Below, piece after piece: positions 43,251 to 57,877 of a stretch of 64,000 nucleotides of DNA. A program made the position numbers and the translations under genes. How positions within the stretch are numbered: position 1 is the first letter of the stretch; every line of letters starts with the position of its first letter. Origin of the DNA: Bigelowiella natans CCMP2755 (Eukaryota > Protista > Cercozoa); the NCBI GenBank assembly GCA_000320545.1, contig ADNK01000035.1, positions 62,001 through 126,000 of the forward strand. Direction: 5' to 3'. The notes below the pieces were generated by a model. It was not told the DNA's origin and ran no database searches. It saw nothing but the letters and a program-made list of their open reading frames with translations.

Positions 43251-44873
43251 ATGGAGGAGTCCGGTACCAAAGGATTAGCAGCGCTGGCGATACCGATTGG
43301 GAACACACTGTTCTTGTTGTCATATGTACCTCTGATGTTGAAGCTGAGATGGAGGACGATCGTGCAAGCAACGGATGTATCAGGCGCAAAAGAATGTCGC
43401 CTCCAGTTTGACCCGTGTCATGATGTAGCCCTCAGTAGTCAGGTAGTTGCAAATGGGTAGGTGGTACCGTGATCAATTTTGTCACACGGTTGCGGTATTT
43501 ATTAACAGATCTACATGACGGCTGCTATGGCTATCAAGTACTACGCAGGTCCGATTTCCTCCCCCAAGAGCGTTATCAAGATTATGCAGCAGATCCTGAA
43601 AAGGGTAGCAAAAGGAGTCTCTAGTCGTAGCGTCCCCTCCAAGGCGAAAGTATACGACCTCTTTATGCGAGTTCTTTCCGTTTCCCGTCTGCAGAATGCT
43701 ATCTCTCAGGTCAACTTTCACATCTTTCGAATTACGAGATTCATCATAAAGCTCTGAGTGCTTGTTTGCTCTGTCAGGGTTTGGCGCTGGCAGCGGGCAT
43801 CACGTGCCTGAGTTTCTTTATTTTTGGTGCAGCCTATGAGGTTAGAGGCGGATCTCATGGGAGATGTGGATTCGTGTTCAAGCTGCTTCCACTTGTAGCT
43901 CTTGCTGTGTATATTCTGGCAATGCTTTACATTGAGAAGAAAGAGGGGGATTTATTGTTAAACATGCTCGCACCCAGCAATTTACTAGTCATGGCACCCA
44001 CATGTGCGGTGATATTGGAATCCGTTGCAATTATTCCTCAAGCTTTTCTGAGTTTCTCGCCATCTGAAGGGACGAAGCAAATTTCGATGACCACCATAGT
44101 TCACTATTCGACCAGGGCTTGCGCGGTGTTGATTCCCACTCTTATGTGGTATTTGATCTGTCTCAATTCACCTTTGCTGAACTTTGGAATTTGTTTATTG
44201 AAGTCTCTTTTGTTACATGATAAGGTGGATGGAGAACGGTGCAGGTCTTGCAGAAAAATTCTATGCGCAGCAACTTGTATGATTTTAATACTTTCACATG
44301 CGTCGCAGCTTACTTATGGGAGACATTATCGTTGCTTAGAGTTCTCTTCCTGGAATTATGCTAAGAGAAGTAGGATGCCATATGCTCGTAACTTTCGGGT
44401 AAGTCTGATTTGGATATCAGACAGTCGGCACACTGAGTAATTATCCGTCTTTAGTATCGTCTTCTATTGCATTTCATTATGGCGACTGTCATCCGGGAGA
44501 AAATGGTTCCTTGCAGTTACAGTGGCGGTCATCTCTGCAGGCATTCAGCTTACCCTCAATACCCAGTCTGTGACTATTTTCGAAACCCTAGATGCAGCTC
44601 AACTTCGTAGCGGAGTTTTGATGACTCAGGTACTTATGAAATGCTTGTGTTATGGATGAAAATCTAACTCTTTTCTTGTTGTAGCTGCTGACGATTCTCA
44701 TTCTTTTTATCGTTGGAGGGACCTACTTCATGCAATCATTGTGCATTGTTTTATTTTCATTCTTCTATAGTGCTGGTTTGTTGCCAACGAATTTTGCAGA
44801 AGCAAAAAGGAGGATTCAAATTAGATATGCACAGCTTAAGGCTGCATGGGGCAATTTTTCATCTAGAAAGTGA
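43251..44873 (+). CDS. Multi-pass membrane protein, divergent ER lumen protein-retaining receptor (ERD2/KDEL receptor)-like
   Basis: VALSSQ|IY (cf. GISLKSQxLY), ILESVAIIPQ (cf. YLESVAILPQ) and VHY..RA, with several TM segments. Stop TGA at 44871-44873. Confidence 0.7.
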
Positions 44874-44959
44874 GTGAAGAAATCATGGGGAGCTACTTCG
44901 AGCGATGTCGTGTCAGTTGAGCTGATACTAGGTTTCAATTGTATTTTAGTTGCATTGAA

Positions 44960-45570
44960 TGGTAGCATGCAATGTACCCTGATACGATCTCATGCTATAT
45001 AGATTTGTTACGCGTCGCGGGCAGCCCTGCTGCTTGTATATATGTTCATGGTATATTCATGTGCAATGCGGCTTGAAGTTTTATGCCTTGCAATGTCGGC
45101 TATGTCCGCTACAGCACTGCTAGACTGCATGATATGTCTAGATGTGTGTTGTCACACATTGCAGGCAATTTTGCATGACAGGTTCGCGATCGATGCGATT
45201 GAGCTACTATGCATTGCAACTGTTAGTGGAGCTACAAGCAGCTCTAGCCTTTGTGTCTATTGCATTGCTACATTGCTATATTGCAGCGTCGCGCTGAGCG
45301 CACATGTCGCGATGCTAAGTTGATGCGATTGATCATCATGTGACTGATGTCGATGCTGCTGCGACAACAGCAATTACTGTCATGCTAATGCATGCGTTGC
45401 GTCTATAAACCTTGAATTTGTGTAGCAGCCATCTCGCCACAATGATGCAATGATCATGATATTGTCACAACACACTAGCATAGATGCAGCAGATGGCGTC
45501 GGGCATGGCTAAGCACGTATCGTATGATCTAATTATCAGTGATCGATAGGCTTCGTTCGCTGATGGAATT
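44960..45570. other. Intergenic island 5 (convergent junction)
   Basis: Same word usage. Confidence 0.65.
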
Positions 45571-45620
45571 AGAGTAGCCACGAATTAATGTATTCTTGCT
45601 CACATGATATTTTGGTGCTA

Positions 45621-46540
45621 TCACGTGTATGTTTTATTGACTATTTTATTGAATTTTTCTTCCCATTTCGTGCCTTTGCATGATCGTCGAAGGGTATCCA
45701 CATTTGGAACGTCTCCTGTTTTACCCTTCAAGTTTTTCTGACTTGCAATCTCCTTTTGACTTCTGTAATTGTCAAGGCGTTGGGAAGATTCTACTTTCAG
45801 CTTAACAAGAGTTGCTTGTTCCTTTTCATGCACTAAACGTAGTAAAACCAACTCCAGACGATTCACTTTATTAACTAGTTTATCAATTCCACTCATTATA
45901 TTCAACGATCGCCGCTCCATAGCTGAGAGTTGCTGAAGGTTTGATTCCAGTGCTGTAAGTTCATTCTTTCGCGTCAAAGCAGCGGCTCTAACATCCTCAA
46001 TTTTCCATCTTATTTTCTGGCCAAGAACATCGTGACGATGCGAATCAATCATACATGAGACAGACTATATTATTTCTACTATTCAGACCTCAGCAAGAGC
46101 TATATGTTTCGAGTCAGTATCCATGATCCCCTTTTGCTTCTCCACGTACCTATATTAATAAATAGAGAGGCTACATTTTCCTATGCTCTTTCAAGTGTTC
46201 GTTCATAGAAAGAATGCTTCACAAACTCAAAATAAGTTTACGTGCTCATAAATCCCGCTCCATGATACGGCTGCTGCAGTACATTCGCTTGAACCGGGAG
46301 ATTTTTCAGGGAGCTTGCCTCATTTGAGGATCTTTGATAAGAATTAAGATGCAATTTGACATTAGATGCAGCTTGCTGATATGCGGATAACTTGCTCCTT
46401 TCCCAAATGATGTATCAAATACTGGCTTAAAGAGAAAGAGATTGAGGGAGCATGTTTCAGCTAGTCATCAAACCTCAACGCTGGGTGCATTTGCGCTGTC
46501 GTCGGCCTCCCCTTAGGGCAACGAGAACCTAATAATTCCA
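45621..46540 (-). CDS. Hypothetical coiled-coil protein, multi-exon (5' end uncertain)
   Basis: ORF 45621..46052 (ELTALESNLQQLSAMERR...KLVNKVNRLE) plus an upstream exon near 46085-46150 (YVEKQKGIMDTDSKHIALAE) with GT-AG ends. Confidence 0.55.
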
Positions 46541-46619
46541 ATTCCACTAGTCCTTCCGCTCCTCCTCCTCCTCCTCCTCTCGTAAGATGTCGGTAACTCT
46601 GATATTAGCCTAAATCTTC

Positions 46620-46725
46620 GAAGAAAGTTATGTCGCAGACCCTAAATTCACCTATATTCGTGGTATTCATTCTAAATCATAGAAGAAAGTTATGTCGTAA
46701 GGCTAAATTCGTCTATATTCGTGGT
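46620..46725 (+). repeat. ~45-bp imperfect direct repeat, period ~62
   Basis: GAAGAAAGTTATGTCGCAGACCCTAAATTCACCTATATTCGTGGT versus GAAGAAAGTTATGTCGTAAGGCTAAATTCGTCTATATTCGTGGT. Confidence 0.85.
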
Positions 46726-46882
46726 CGTAGTAGTGGCAGTTGAACACAGAACAACCTCTTGCTCGAAGGAACGGCTCGGCTCGGCTCAGGAAATCGTCGA
46801 CGTTCGGCCCTGGTGCTCATCGTTCAGAACGATTGATGGTTCGTGATCGGGGGGGGGGTCAGAGTAATCGACACGAGAAGAG

Positions 46883-47502
46883 ATGGCACCAAGATGCGTT
46901 CTCAAGGTTTATAAGTGAAATTACAATATGTACACGAAGCAATCAATTGACGGAAAGTCGTGGTTTTGCAGGTCGGGCTTTCTTTCCTTTCTAGCCTGGG
47001 GTTTCCTGGTAAGCAGATACCCCTTTTGATTTCCTCAATTGTGAAATAGTATGCTTAATGGAACTATGAAAGAGCCTTGTGGAACTTACTACATTGGTTA
47101 CGAATTCTTAGTTTTCGTTGAGAATCTGGTGGACATACTTTCGATCGAATAATTCCACGGAGAGTGGTGATCAAATAGCGACGACCTCAAATGTTGCACC
47201 AAAATCTTCACCTGAATTCTGACATATACGAAGAAGGCTGCATCAAACTTGGAGACGACACACTGGCAAAGAAAATACCGATTCCACTTTTTGACGTGGA
47301 TGATTCAAGAAGGCCAGCATAGTTTATCATGCCAGCAACCATACTTCAAATCGGGGTCGACGAACCGAATAAAATAGTCATCGCTGTGCTGTCGTACGAA
47401 AAAATCGTGAATGAATATCGATTCAAGAATGAATTGATGGCAATTGTGCACTATGTCATTGTGCTAGGCCCATTACCATCGTGGATCGACTATATGAAAT
47501 AA
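46883..47502 (+). pseudogene. Possible decayed gene
   Basis: Short exon-like pieces with GT-AG ends, then protein-like frames (LNSDIYEEGCIKLGDD...RPA*FIMPATILQIG...WIDYMK*) broken by stops and a frameshift. Confidence 0.3.
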
Positions 47503-47549
47503 AGAATGTTTCAGAGAGCCACATAATGCGCACTTTATCTTAATGTTAG

Positions 47550-48070
47550 TTCATTATAGCGATAATCAACATAGCTAGAGGCGCATGCATCGTGTGTCGC
47601 ATCGGTTATGTCACAAGCCAATAACTCGTGACAAGGTGACAATGCGGCTTTGATGTCTTCACGTATGTCAAATAGTCGGGATATGACACATGTCACACTC
47701 GAATGAGCGCATCTTACATAATCTATATGTGTATGTATCCTGCATCGTGTGACGCCAGCACAATGTAACAACGCAGCGACACATGCATGCACACGAATGT
47801 TTGCGTTGTTACTAGCTTGAGCTGCCGATGCCTTTCGGCTAGGCTCTTCCTCTCTATCGTCTTACTATCTACTACACTAGTTCATACAGCCATGGCATGC
47901 ACGCATGACACTGCTGTTAAGCTGAGCCTAACTAGGTAAGTAAGTACGTGCAATGCATGGATGTCTGCGCCCGCATATGCGCACGTAGCAAACACACACA
48001 ACAGCTACGCGTACGCCCACATAGAACTGTTAGGGTCGTAAAAGCAATGGTTATTAGCTACCTTAGAACT
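47550..48070. other. Intergenic island 6 (downstream of the kinase gene 3' end)
   Basis: Same word usage. Confidence 0.6.
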
Positions 48071-48238
48071 ACAATCACTCCGGCATTAGATAAGAGCAAC
48101 ACATCTGGACATTGATCATCGCAGTCAAACAGGATGCATTTCTCAAAACAACGCAAATAACGGATGAAAGCTGCCATAGATACTGCAGCTTCGTGATTGC
48201 AGCCCCGCTGTGTCGATCAGAGCCGCGTCGATGTTCCT

Positions 48239-49600
48239 TCATGACAGCTGAGAGAAGCAAAGCTGTAACATTCTTAGTTCTGGCCCACTCATGCTCGGGA
48301 TTTTCCCAATAAGTTCATCTCTTTGTTCCCGAGATAGCCGCGAATCATTGAGAATGGCGTGGACAATCGTAGCCTTAAGAACAGTCTCATCGTTGAGACC
48401 CGAGCCACCACCACCTTGGCTTAAAAGGCTTGCTAGGCTTGCTACCCCACTCTCTTTATCCTTCTGTCCAACCTCTCCCAGTTGCCTTAAGAATTCTTGT
48501 TTCTGCCTTTCATTGAGGTCAGGATCATTCTGCACTCTTTCTCGAAGCCGACGCTTTTGGTCCTCGCTCAGTTCATCGAGTTGGTGAGACCGAGTGTCGT
48601 CATAGCCTATCAGATAGTTGAGCATGTCATCGTACTCGAACGCATACCTGTTGGCGGCATCTGCCACTTGCTCATCAGTGAAGTCCATGTGTTTCAGCTT
48701 GTTGATGATAGAGCTCATCTGGTGAATGTTGTACATTCCCGCATAGCGACTCTTGACTTGTTCAAGAAGGGATTTTGCCGACTGCTGCTCTGAGTTCTCC
48801 TTTCCTTGGTTACCAGGACCATCAAGATAAGTAACCACGGCTCCTGTCTTCCAGTCTCCTGAGGGGGGCAAGCTGCTTTTACTTTTAATTCGTGCAACCG
48901 AAATGCCTTTTGAATCCGTAAGGCCCCAATCTTCCCTCTTCTTGTCCCATTTGAGCGTTGGAATCTTCCCATCACCACTGGAGAAACCGTCAAGCTTGTA
49001 CTCAAGCTTCTCGGAGGAGGGGTCTTGGTTGCCCGATGCCGACGAGGCGGTGTAGACTCCAGACAAGCTCCTCTTAGATTTTATACGCAACTTGCGAACT
49101 GTCGTGACCTTTAATTGCTTTTGTCGCGCCTCATGAATCTCCGTGGTTCGCAGGACACAGCGCATGAGGGCGGCAACGGGGGCCGGGAGCCCATCGCACA
49201 ATGCCGCTTCGTCCCTCTCACCTTGCCATAAATCGAGGATTTGCGACCTGATATAAATCCCAACGCCCTCCGCTTGAGGTAGGAAATTGAGTACGGCATC
49301 TTGCCTCTCTGCCTCCAGGCCCCCAGCGCAAAATCTAGGATAATCAATTCTAGCTGCAACCATTGGATTTGCCAACTGAGCGATCCGTCTCAGGGACACT
49401 TCCATCCTCATCAGAAAGTACTGTATGGGTGTGCCGTCCCTTATAGAACTCAGGTCTACACCGCTTGGAGGCCACATTGGATCATCTGCTCGACTACGAC
49501 TCGAATCTCTCTGCCCCTTCTCCCGCATGTCGCCACTAAATACCTGTGTAGCAGCTTTGAGCATCCGAAGCTGATCTTTGGACATTGAATCTACAATAAC

Positions 49601-49633
<33 letters not shown>

Positions 49634-49874
49634 TGGTGTTACCGTGACGACAAAGGAGGATTGTTAAGAGGGAAGAATCCCATGTCTATTCTATTTTGTG
49701 TGTGTGTGTGTGTGCGTGTGTGTGTGTGTGCATGATTTGTACGAATTTGGATGCGAGCTATCCTCTGACGAGGAGATTATTACTTTTGATGCATTATTAT
49801 CTCAAACTGATAATTCTGACACCCCCAATGGCTTCTCTCAATTTGAGCTATTATGCATGCATGCCACCGAGTGG

Positions 49875-49906
<32 letters not shown>

Positions 49907-50065
49907 TTGCTGCTACTGCTACCGACCTGTGTCTTGATATGAGCTTCCTGTTTTCACGCCTGATCATTGTGATATGTACGTATTATAAAAACGATAATAG
50001 ACGCACGTGCTTTATAATTAATATGCTTTCGGAGGAGGAACATGAGAGGGAGGGAACATGTTAAG

Positions 50066-50110
<45 letters not shown>

Positions 50111-50132
50111 AAGACTAAGAGAGTAAGAGAGT

Positions 50133-50189
<57 letters not shown>

Positions 50190-50534
50190 ACCGAAACTCG
50201 TTGTTGCACGTACCATACGGATGTATGCGGTCTGACGTAAGATTTATCCATTCATCGAAGTTGTCATCAAATCCAGGAAAATGAACTCTAACACGGGTAG
50301 GCTCGATGGCTTTAACCACAGCTTCCAGCCAACGTTGATTCTAATTGTAGCATATATGTCGTTGTTCATCACATTAGGAGGCGTTATATCTCTTCAGATA
50401 TTTCAAGAGAAAACAGCTGCGGCGGAATTAAGTCGGCACGTTGTCAATCACTGCACACTAATGATGAAATACATGCCCACGGTCAGTGCAAGAGGTGATA
50501 GGATGTGATACGGAAGCAGTGTGAGATGTACTAC

Positions 50535-50572
<38 letters not shown>

Positions 50573-50622
50573 GTTACAAATATTAACAACACCTAAAAAC
50601 TGCTCTTTTGTGTTTCTATGAC

Positions 50623-50655
<33 letters not shown>

Positions 50656-51187
50656 AGTGATGTGAGCAGCATATAACAGCATACCACATCCAAAGCATCA
50701 ATGCGTGTTCCAACTTCCAAGCTCAGCTTCGTTCTGATGGTAGTAATACTACTTTAGGCTCATTGCAAACTGACAACATTCGAAACCACCAAGTAATGAA
50801 TGCCGCAGTCAGCACAACGCCATCGTCATCGTCATCTTCATCATGCTCACTACTTCGTCTCAGCTGCTTTTTTCTTCATTTCTCTCATCTCGGCCTTAGT
50901 AACCTTTGGAGATAGAAGTGATGACATAGGTGTAGTAAAAAAGGGAGGGGCGCTCATTGCTACAAAATGTGTGCTTATAGCAGAAGTAATACAATATGAC
51001 TATGTACACATCATATTGATATATAGATCATATGTAAGAAAATGCGGGAGGAAAGCAATAAAAAGTAAGCGAAATTGTAACTCGCAAAGCAATCACGATT
51101 TATAGCTTTCTGTGGTTCGATTTGGGTGTAGTTTGTTACTTCGACGTTACACATACTACATAACAACAAATCCAACGAAATGTTCAC

Positions 51188-51222
<35 letters not shown>

Positions 51223-51291
51223 TATAATAATTTATTGAGAAATGGAAATATCTTGTCTGATACCATCATTGCAATCATCGCTATCACTATG

Positions 51292-51323
<32 letters not shown>

Positions 51324-51819
51324 TATCTCCCATCAGTATTATATTCATATTATATGCAACACCCTTTCCAGACAATTGAGGGGCCACCACCATTTGCCTG
51401 CCTTAACTCTCTGTGTTGTTTTAGACGAATATTGAATGATATTATGAGAAGGGATGCGCCATCGTTGTTAGGTAGCAGTACACATAGACGATAAAACCAA
51501 CAAAATCAAGGTAACATCAATACATTTATTTTAAAAATATCAACATTAGTAAGTCGATGAAGCGACCACTCCGTAAACACACACAGTCACAGCGCATGTA
51601 TGTATGCACGCGGGCAGCAAAACGTCAGACATGAATAGTTTAGAATGCAAATTTTTTGGTGGATTTTGCTGCTGCTGCTGCTGCTACCGAAGGATACTCC
51701 GATTGTTCAACAACGACTACTGTTCCGCAACAAGGCACCTGTTGTTAAGACACCAACGAATTAATCATACGGCGAAGAATCAAATGCAGAAGAAGCTTCT
51801 GCTAAGCCTCTGGCTACTT

Positions 51820-51850
<31 letters not shown>

Positions 51851-51966
51851 CACTAACCATGTTCGGGTTAAAACCAATCCGAGTGGGCTTTATCAACTTG
51901 GCAGCCTGTGTAGTAAGACGGAGAGTTGTTACTAAATGATGAGAAATTGTGTCGATATTAAGATGG

Positions 51967-52023
<57 letters not shown>

Positions 52024-54554
52024 ATGTGTTTAAATGTGTAGTTTATGCTACCTCAGCAACACTCGAGATGATCCTCACCTGATTGGGTGGGAGAGAGTTA
52101 TTAAACGCAAAAAGAAAACATTTAACTTGACGCATTTCGATGTGCAAAAATCTTCTATTGGTGCTGCTTTCCGTCGCAACAACCGCTCCCACACCCACAC
52201 CCATAAACAACATCTTCTTCATCAAGTGGATGAATGACGCAAAACGTATTATGCATTCAATATTTATGTTATTGTTGATAAATAACATAGAGCATTTCAT
52301 AACAAAAGAGCATAAATTGCTCGTTGTATTACTTTCATTCCGTTTTTGATGTCCCTTAGGCTCGAGAACCTATTAAGGCAAAGCAGGAAAGAAGAAGGAG
52401 AAGAAGCACCGTTGGTAGCATGCATTAACATATTTATGACAACACAGATAACAAACAATAGACAAAGAAAATATTCAATGTAATAAATGCACAATCTACC
52501 AGAGGGAAGAATGAGAGAAAAGAAGAGGAGGGAAAGGGAGGGGGATACAAATTAGACATGCAGGAACAGAAAGTAAATACTTACTTCTTCTCCATCGGGT
52601 CATTGTTGTTATCCTCCTCCTCTTCCTCCTCCTTCTCCTCTTTTTCCTCTCCCGCCGCCTCATTATCTGCTTTTTCTTCAGCAAAATAAAATGGAGAATC
52701 TGGTTCACCGACTTGTTCTGAGCTCAGCTCGCTTGAATTGCTTATTGAGATTGGAGGGGGACCTCCCGGTATATTCAAACGCTTTCCCTCTCGAGCAGCA
52801 GCCGCCTTTTTATCGGATTTAGAGTTATTTGCGATTTCTCCTCCTCCTACCTGCTGCCTCTTTGCCTCCCGCTTTTGCATATTTTCCTTTCTTTCTTCGT
52901 GTTGTCTATCAGCAAGGGTGACGGCCTTCTTCCAATACTCGTTGGTGAAGCTGGTTGTTGATGTGTGTGTGTGTGTATGTGTGTGTGTGTTTTAGTAGTA
53001 GTAGTAGTAGTATAGTAGTGTGATTACTTTATATGTGTGAATTGCTGCATTTATTTTGGGTTATCAATTGCGGCTATATTATCATCGCTAATGAACGTAT
53101 CCTTTGTTACTAATATTCATTGCATATATGTAATAGAGTAAGAAAAAGGGAGGCGAGGCAGCTGCAGTATCAGTAGCAGCACGTGTATAATGTGGTTAAA
53201 AAAGGCATGGTGTGGTGTACTATTAAGCTATTGTAATAAATATCTCGCTCACTCACTCGAAATCATCTGGAATTGTAGCTTTCACTTCAGGAGGGACTAC
53301 AAATCAAAACGACGACAAACGAGCAACCAACAAGGTCCATAAGGCAGCAGCAGCAGCAGCAGCAGCAGCACGCTTATACTATTTGCCTTGATCATCCCTC
53401 CAACCACTCCTGCTTCCCAATCTACATGCTGCTATCTTAGCATGCAGCCGGTGAGAATATATAACATGGCGAAACAGATTCAAAATCTCTAAAAGCTACT
53501 ACGATAGATTTTGTATTGCAGTTCTTCGATAATAACACTTCGTTTTCAACCGATCATACCCATGCCTCGCTTGTCCATCCACCTTAGCATATCATACGGC
53601 GACTACATTGGGGGGGGGGAGGATAGTATTGACAAATTCCATGAGACTCACTCTTCTGAAAAGCCACACCATGAACATATCATATGATGCGTTTTTGTTT
53701 ATTGTTATGCATATATGTATTTATGACTATTTTTCTGTTTTAATTCGTTTGCAAACTCTTTATTTGTTTGTTTTTTTGGTCCGAATTTTGTAGCCCGAAC
53801 CTTCCTTTCTCTATCCTCCATTTTGAGGCACATTTCCATAAGTGGTTGAGCATACTAGTAGTAGTAGTTGTTGTTGTTGTGGTTAGGAGAAGTAGTAAAC
53901 GATGACGATGATAATTATAATGATGATGATGATGATGACTATAGTATAATGAGAAGAAATTCCAGTAGTAGCAATTGATTACTCTACCAATACCATTCAT
54001 TACCCCCCCCCCCCCCTTTTTTTGTTCAAAAAAGTATAAAAAATTGTTTTGTTCGTTATTGATTGTGCTACTACTATAATTAACGCGAATCAATATGATT
54101 TTCTCTTTCCTCTATACACATTCATCATTGACATTAATGCTGTTATATCATACTATATGTATGCACGGACCGGCGGCACCACAAGATCAAAACCGATTTG
54201 ATACGGGTTCTTCCCTATTGATTGGAACGAACAAATTCAAATTATCACACGCTATAAATTCTCCGCGTCATCATTATCATCATCATTATCACCACCAGCA
54301 GCAGTATAATAGTATTAGCACTCGAGCAGCACAGAAAGGTATTAAAGTAAATGGCAGGGTGTGTGATGACCAACTGACTGACTCGGTGGGTGGCAAGCCA
54401 ACGATGTAGACTACAATTGATTACCTTGTGCGAACGCTCTCTTTATCTCTTCTACATGGATCTGCCTCCCTGATGATTATAACCACGCATCGTATCCCAA
54501 TGATGGATGGCAGCGAACGTTGTATAAATGATACTCCACCCTGGTGAACAATTT

Positions 54555-54587
<33 letters not shown>

Positions 54588-54956
54588 AGACTACATTATT
54601 GTCTACTTCTGTGAAGATGTTGGTTAGTGAGAAAGACGAGGAAAAGAGGAGGAGGAGGGGGATATGGAGGTAGTTTGTGGGAAGTGTTGGCGCAGCAGCT
54701 GAAATAAATAATGATAACGTATCAATTATCACCTTTATTAAGAAGCTCCCATATGGCCACACCAACCTACAGTGATAGGATATTGTGAGGGTGAGGATCA
54801 TGACACACAGCATTGCACACGCACGCACACACATACACACACACACACACACACACCCTCCACACTGTCTATCTCCATGTATAGATATGAAAATACATAG
54901 TGTGTTTGTGTGTTTTATGCGTGTAGATTATTGTGCATAGTAGAAAGAGTGAACGT

Positions 54957-55000
<44 letters not shown>

Positions 55001-56124
55001 CACAAAATACTACACGATCCATTATTCTTGTCTACTAACCATCCAAACATCGGAAAAGAATGTGAACGAGGTCCCCTCAGTCCAACTCTCCGGAGGCCAC
55101 GATCTTCAGCAAAGTATCATGGCAAATGGGTAGTGGTAATTATTATATACACAAGTGACTTGAATATCGACTGAATTCTTCTTCTTATTCTTCTTCTTCT
55201 TCTTCTTCTCATTCTCACAGTCTCGTCGTCACCAAATAAAACTGCCTTTGCACAAGATATCAATTACGAGAGACAAGATATCAATTACGAGAGACACAGG
55301 CGGTTTGATCTGTGTGGTGGAGACCATGGACCACTATTATTATTTTTTTTATTCCAACTCTTTCTACTTCGATACATTGGATTGGCTTTCTTGCCCTTAT
55401 GTACGTACCCCAAGGCCTGATGATATAAATATATGTTTATATTCCAACAAATAATAAGTAGAGTTAACTTCACTTAACTTCACCACTTCTCCGACCGACG
55501 ATCGGTGCGTTTTCCTGTTGTTTCTATCCCAATTCTCTCTTCTACATGTTCGCTTAATATATCTCTTTTCCTCATGCTGCTGATGCTGCTGTGTCAGAGC
55601 GCATACATGCATGCTGACAAAGGCCAACGTGTATCTACGCAATAGATCAAATCACAGCCTCGATTACCTTTTCGTCTATCTTCCTGGAAAGACCATAGTC
55701 GCCTATAACGACGCTCATATCCGCTCTCATCAAGATGTTGCGACATGCTATATCTCGATGCACTATGCTTTGTCGATGCAGATGAAGCAAACCGCTTAGC
55801 ATTCCAGAAACGGTCTATTACATCATGCGTGTGTAAGTAACGACATCATCACCATCCTGGTGGGGCATCAATAAAGGGGAAGAAAATTGAAGAAGAAAAA
55901 GAAGAAGAAGAGAAGAAAAAGAAGAAGAAAAGAAGAAAAAGAAGAATAAGAAGTTGAAGAAAAAAAAAATACATTAACGGACCTTGTTGAAGATCTGAGG
56001 GGAGAGGAAATCGATGTCCTTGTGGAGCTTGTCCTGAAAATATGCATTTAGATGTTATATACGATGATGCTGGTTCGCATAAAGATGCAGGAGAGGCGAC
56101 ATTTACAAATATAGCATACGCGCC

Positions 56125-56194
<70 letters not shown>

Positions 56195-56245
56195 TGCACA
56201 AAGTATAAACTTTGTAAAAAAAATGTGAAAGGTAAAAAATGTAGG

Positions 56246-56295
<50 letters not shown>

Positions 56296-57127
56296 TACTC
56301 ACCAGGCTCCCACGTTCGCAGTACTCGTTCAGCATACATACTTTGCCAATTAGCTCCCTCGCTGATGACACGAAGAATGGTCATTTACAAATACAATGTT
56401 AATCATTGTTTTGAGTATAGCAACCCACCACATTGTCCTCTATTTATTTCTTGGGTCAGCAGACACCATTACCATGTACCCTCTTCTTCTTCTTCTTCCC
56501 CCCCTCCTCCTTCCCTCATCGTGGATGATGTGAATAATGTTGATGAAGGATTAATATATGTAGCATGTATTAGCCACCTCGGCTGCCGTCCATAAACTTG
56601 GTATTATCTGCAGCAGATCATCAGAAAACAATTATGCGAAGAATGATGAGCTTGGTGAATAAGCATTCTGAACTCCGATGTAATGATATGGCTGCGTACT
56701 CGTGTGTGCTGCCATCGCGTGCGTCATTATATTCTTATTACCGCCGAATGTACAACAGCCGAAGAACTTTATCACGTGAGGATGATCCTCTGGAATGCGG
56801 TCCATAAGTTGGGCCTTGAACAATGCAAATAGGCTATCCGTTATTGGTTGCTATCATCACCAACAATCATCATTGCTGTTATTATCGTTTGTAATGGGAA
56901 ATCAATAGAGTGTCAGCCTACAGATACCGCAGAAGGATGATAACGGGAAGGCTAATACTTCAAACGTGGTACTGACCTCTTTTAAGACTTCCATAATATC
57001 TCCCCTATTGTCTTGTATACATTTCACAGCCACCTGTATGGAAGTAGTAGTAGTGGCCATTCATCGCACCACCATAGAGACGCAAAATCAACAACAACAA
57101 CCAACAACAAAACTACATCAAAAGAGA

Positions 57128-57170
<43 letters not shown>

Positions 57171-57837
57171 AACGTAAAATAGACGGGCGAGGGTGTTTAT
57201 AAGGGATGAGAGTGTTACTACCTTCTGAAATCCTTTGTTGTCCTGCTCGATATCTATTTGAGCTAGATATACGGACTAGATAACATCAACAACACATTGT
57301 AGAATATAAGCTTGGATTGGAATTGATGAAGGGGAAACAGCAGAACTGAAATAGATGGAAGGAAAGAGAGAGAGAAGGAGGAGGAGGAGGAGGAGGAGAA
57401 GGCTAAAAACAAGAACATGATTATAACCCCAAAGAATCCTCGACCAAGAGATTCGTTGAACACCATAACCTGTTAAAAGGTATTATTAATATTATCAACA
57501 CATCTTTTGAAGATAGCGTAGAGAATCGACATGAGATATAAAACAGGTGTGTGTGCCTTCATTCCTACTCTCCTCGATAAAGGTTCTCTCTTCCCCATTC
57601 CACTATTTAATCCCCAAAATCTACTTGCACTACTCCTTCTTCTTCGCTAATACCTCGTCATCATGAAATATGGTTAGGGTTCCCAACTTGGAACGCTTCC
57701 TTTTACTGCCCCCTCTTTGATACTGTGAGCCTATTTCTGCTAGTCTCTACGGGTAAAGGGCGTTTTGTGAGCGCGGGTTGTGTTGTGTAAATTCTATATC
57801 CAATGTCTAGTTGCTTCTGATAAGACACGTAATAACT

Positions 57838-57877
<40 letters not shown>

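Noticed and set aside
51360-51415. PWWP domain suggested by KWWWPSIV
   Set aside because: The preceding exons fit a Mib-repeat/SH3-like unit better, and other PWWP features were not seen.
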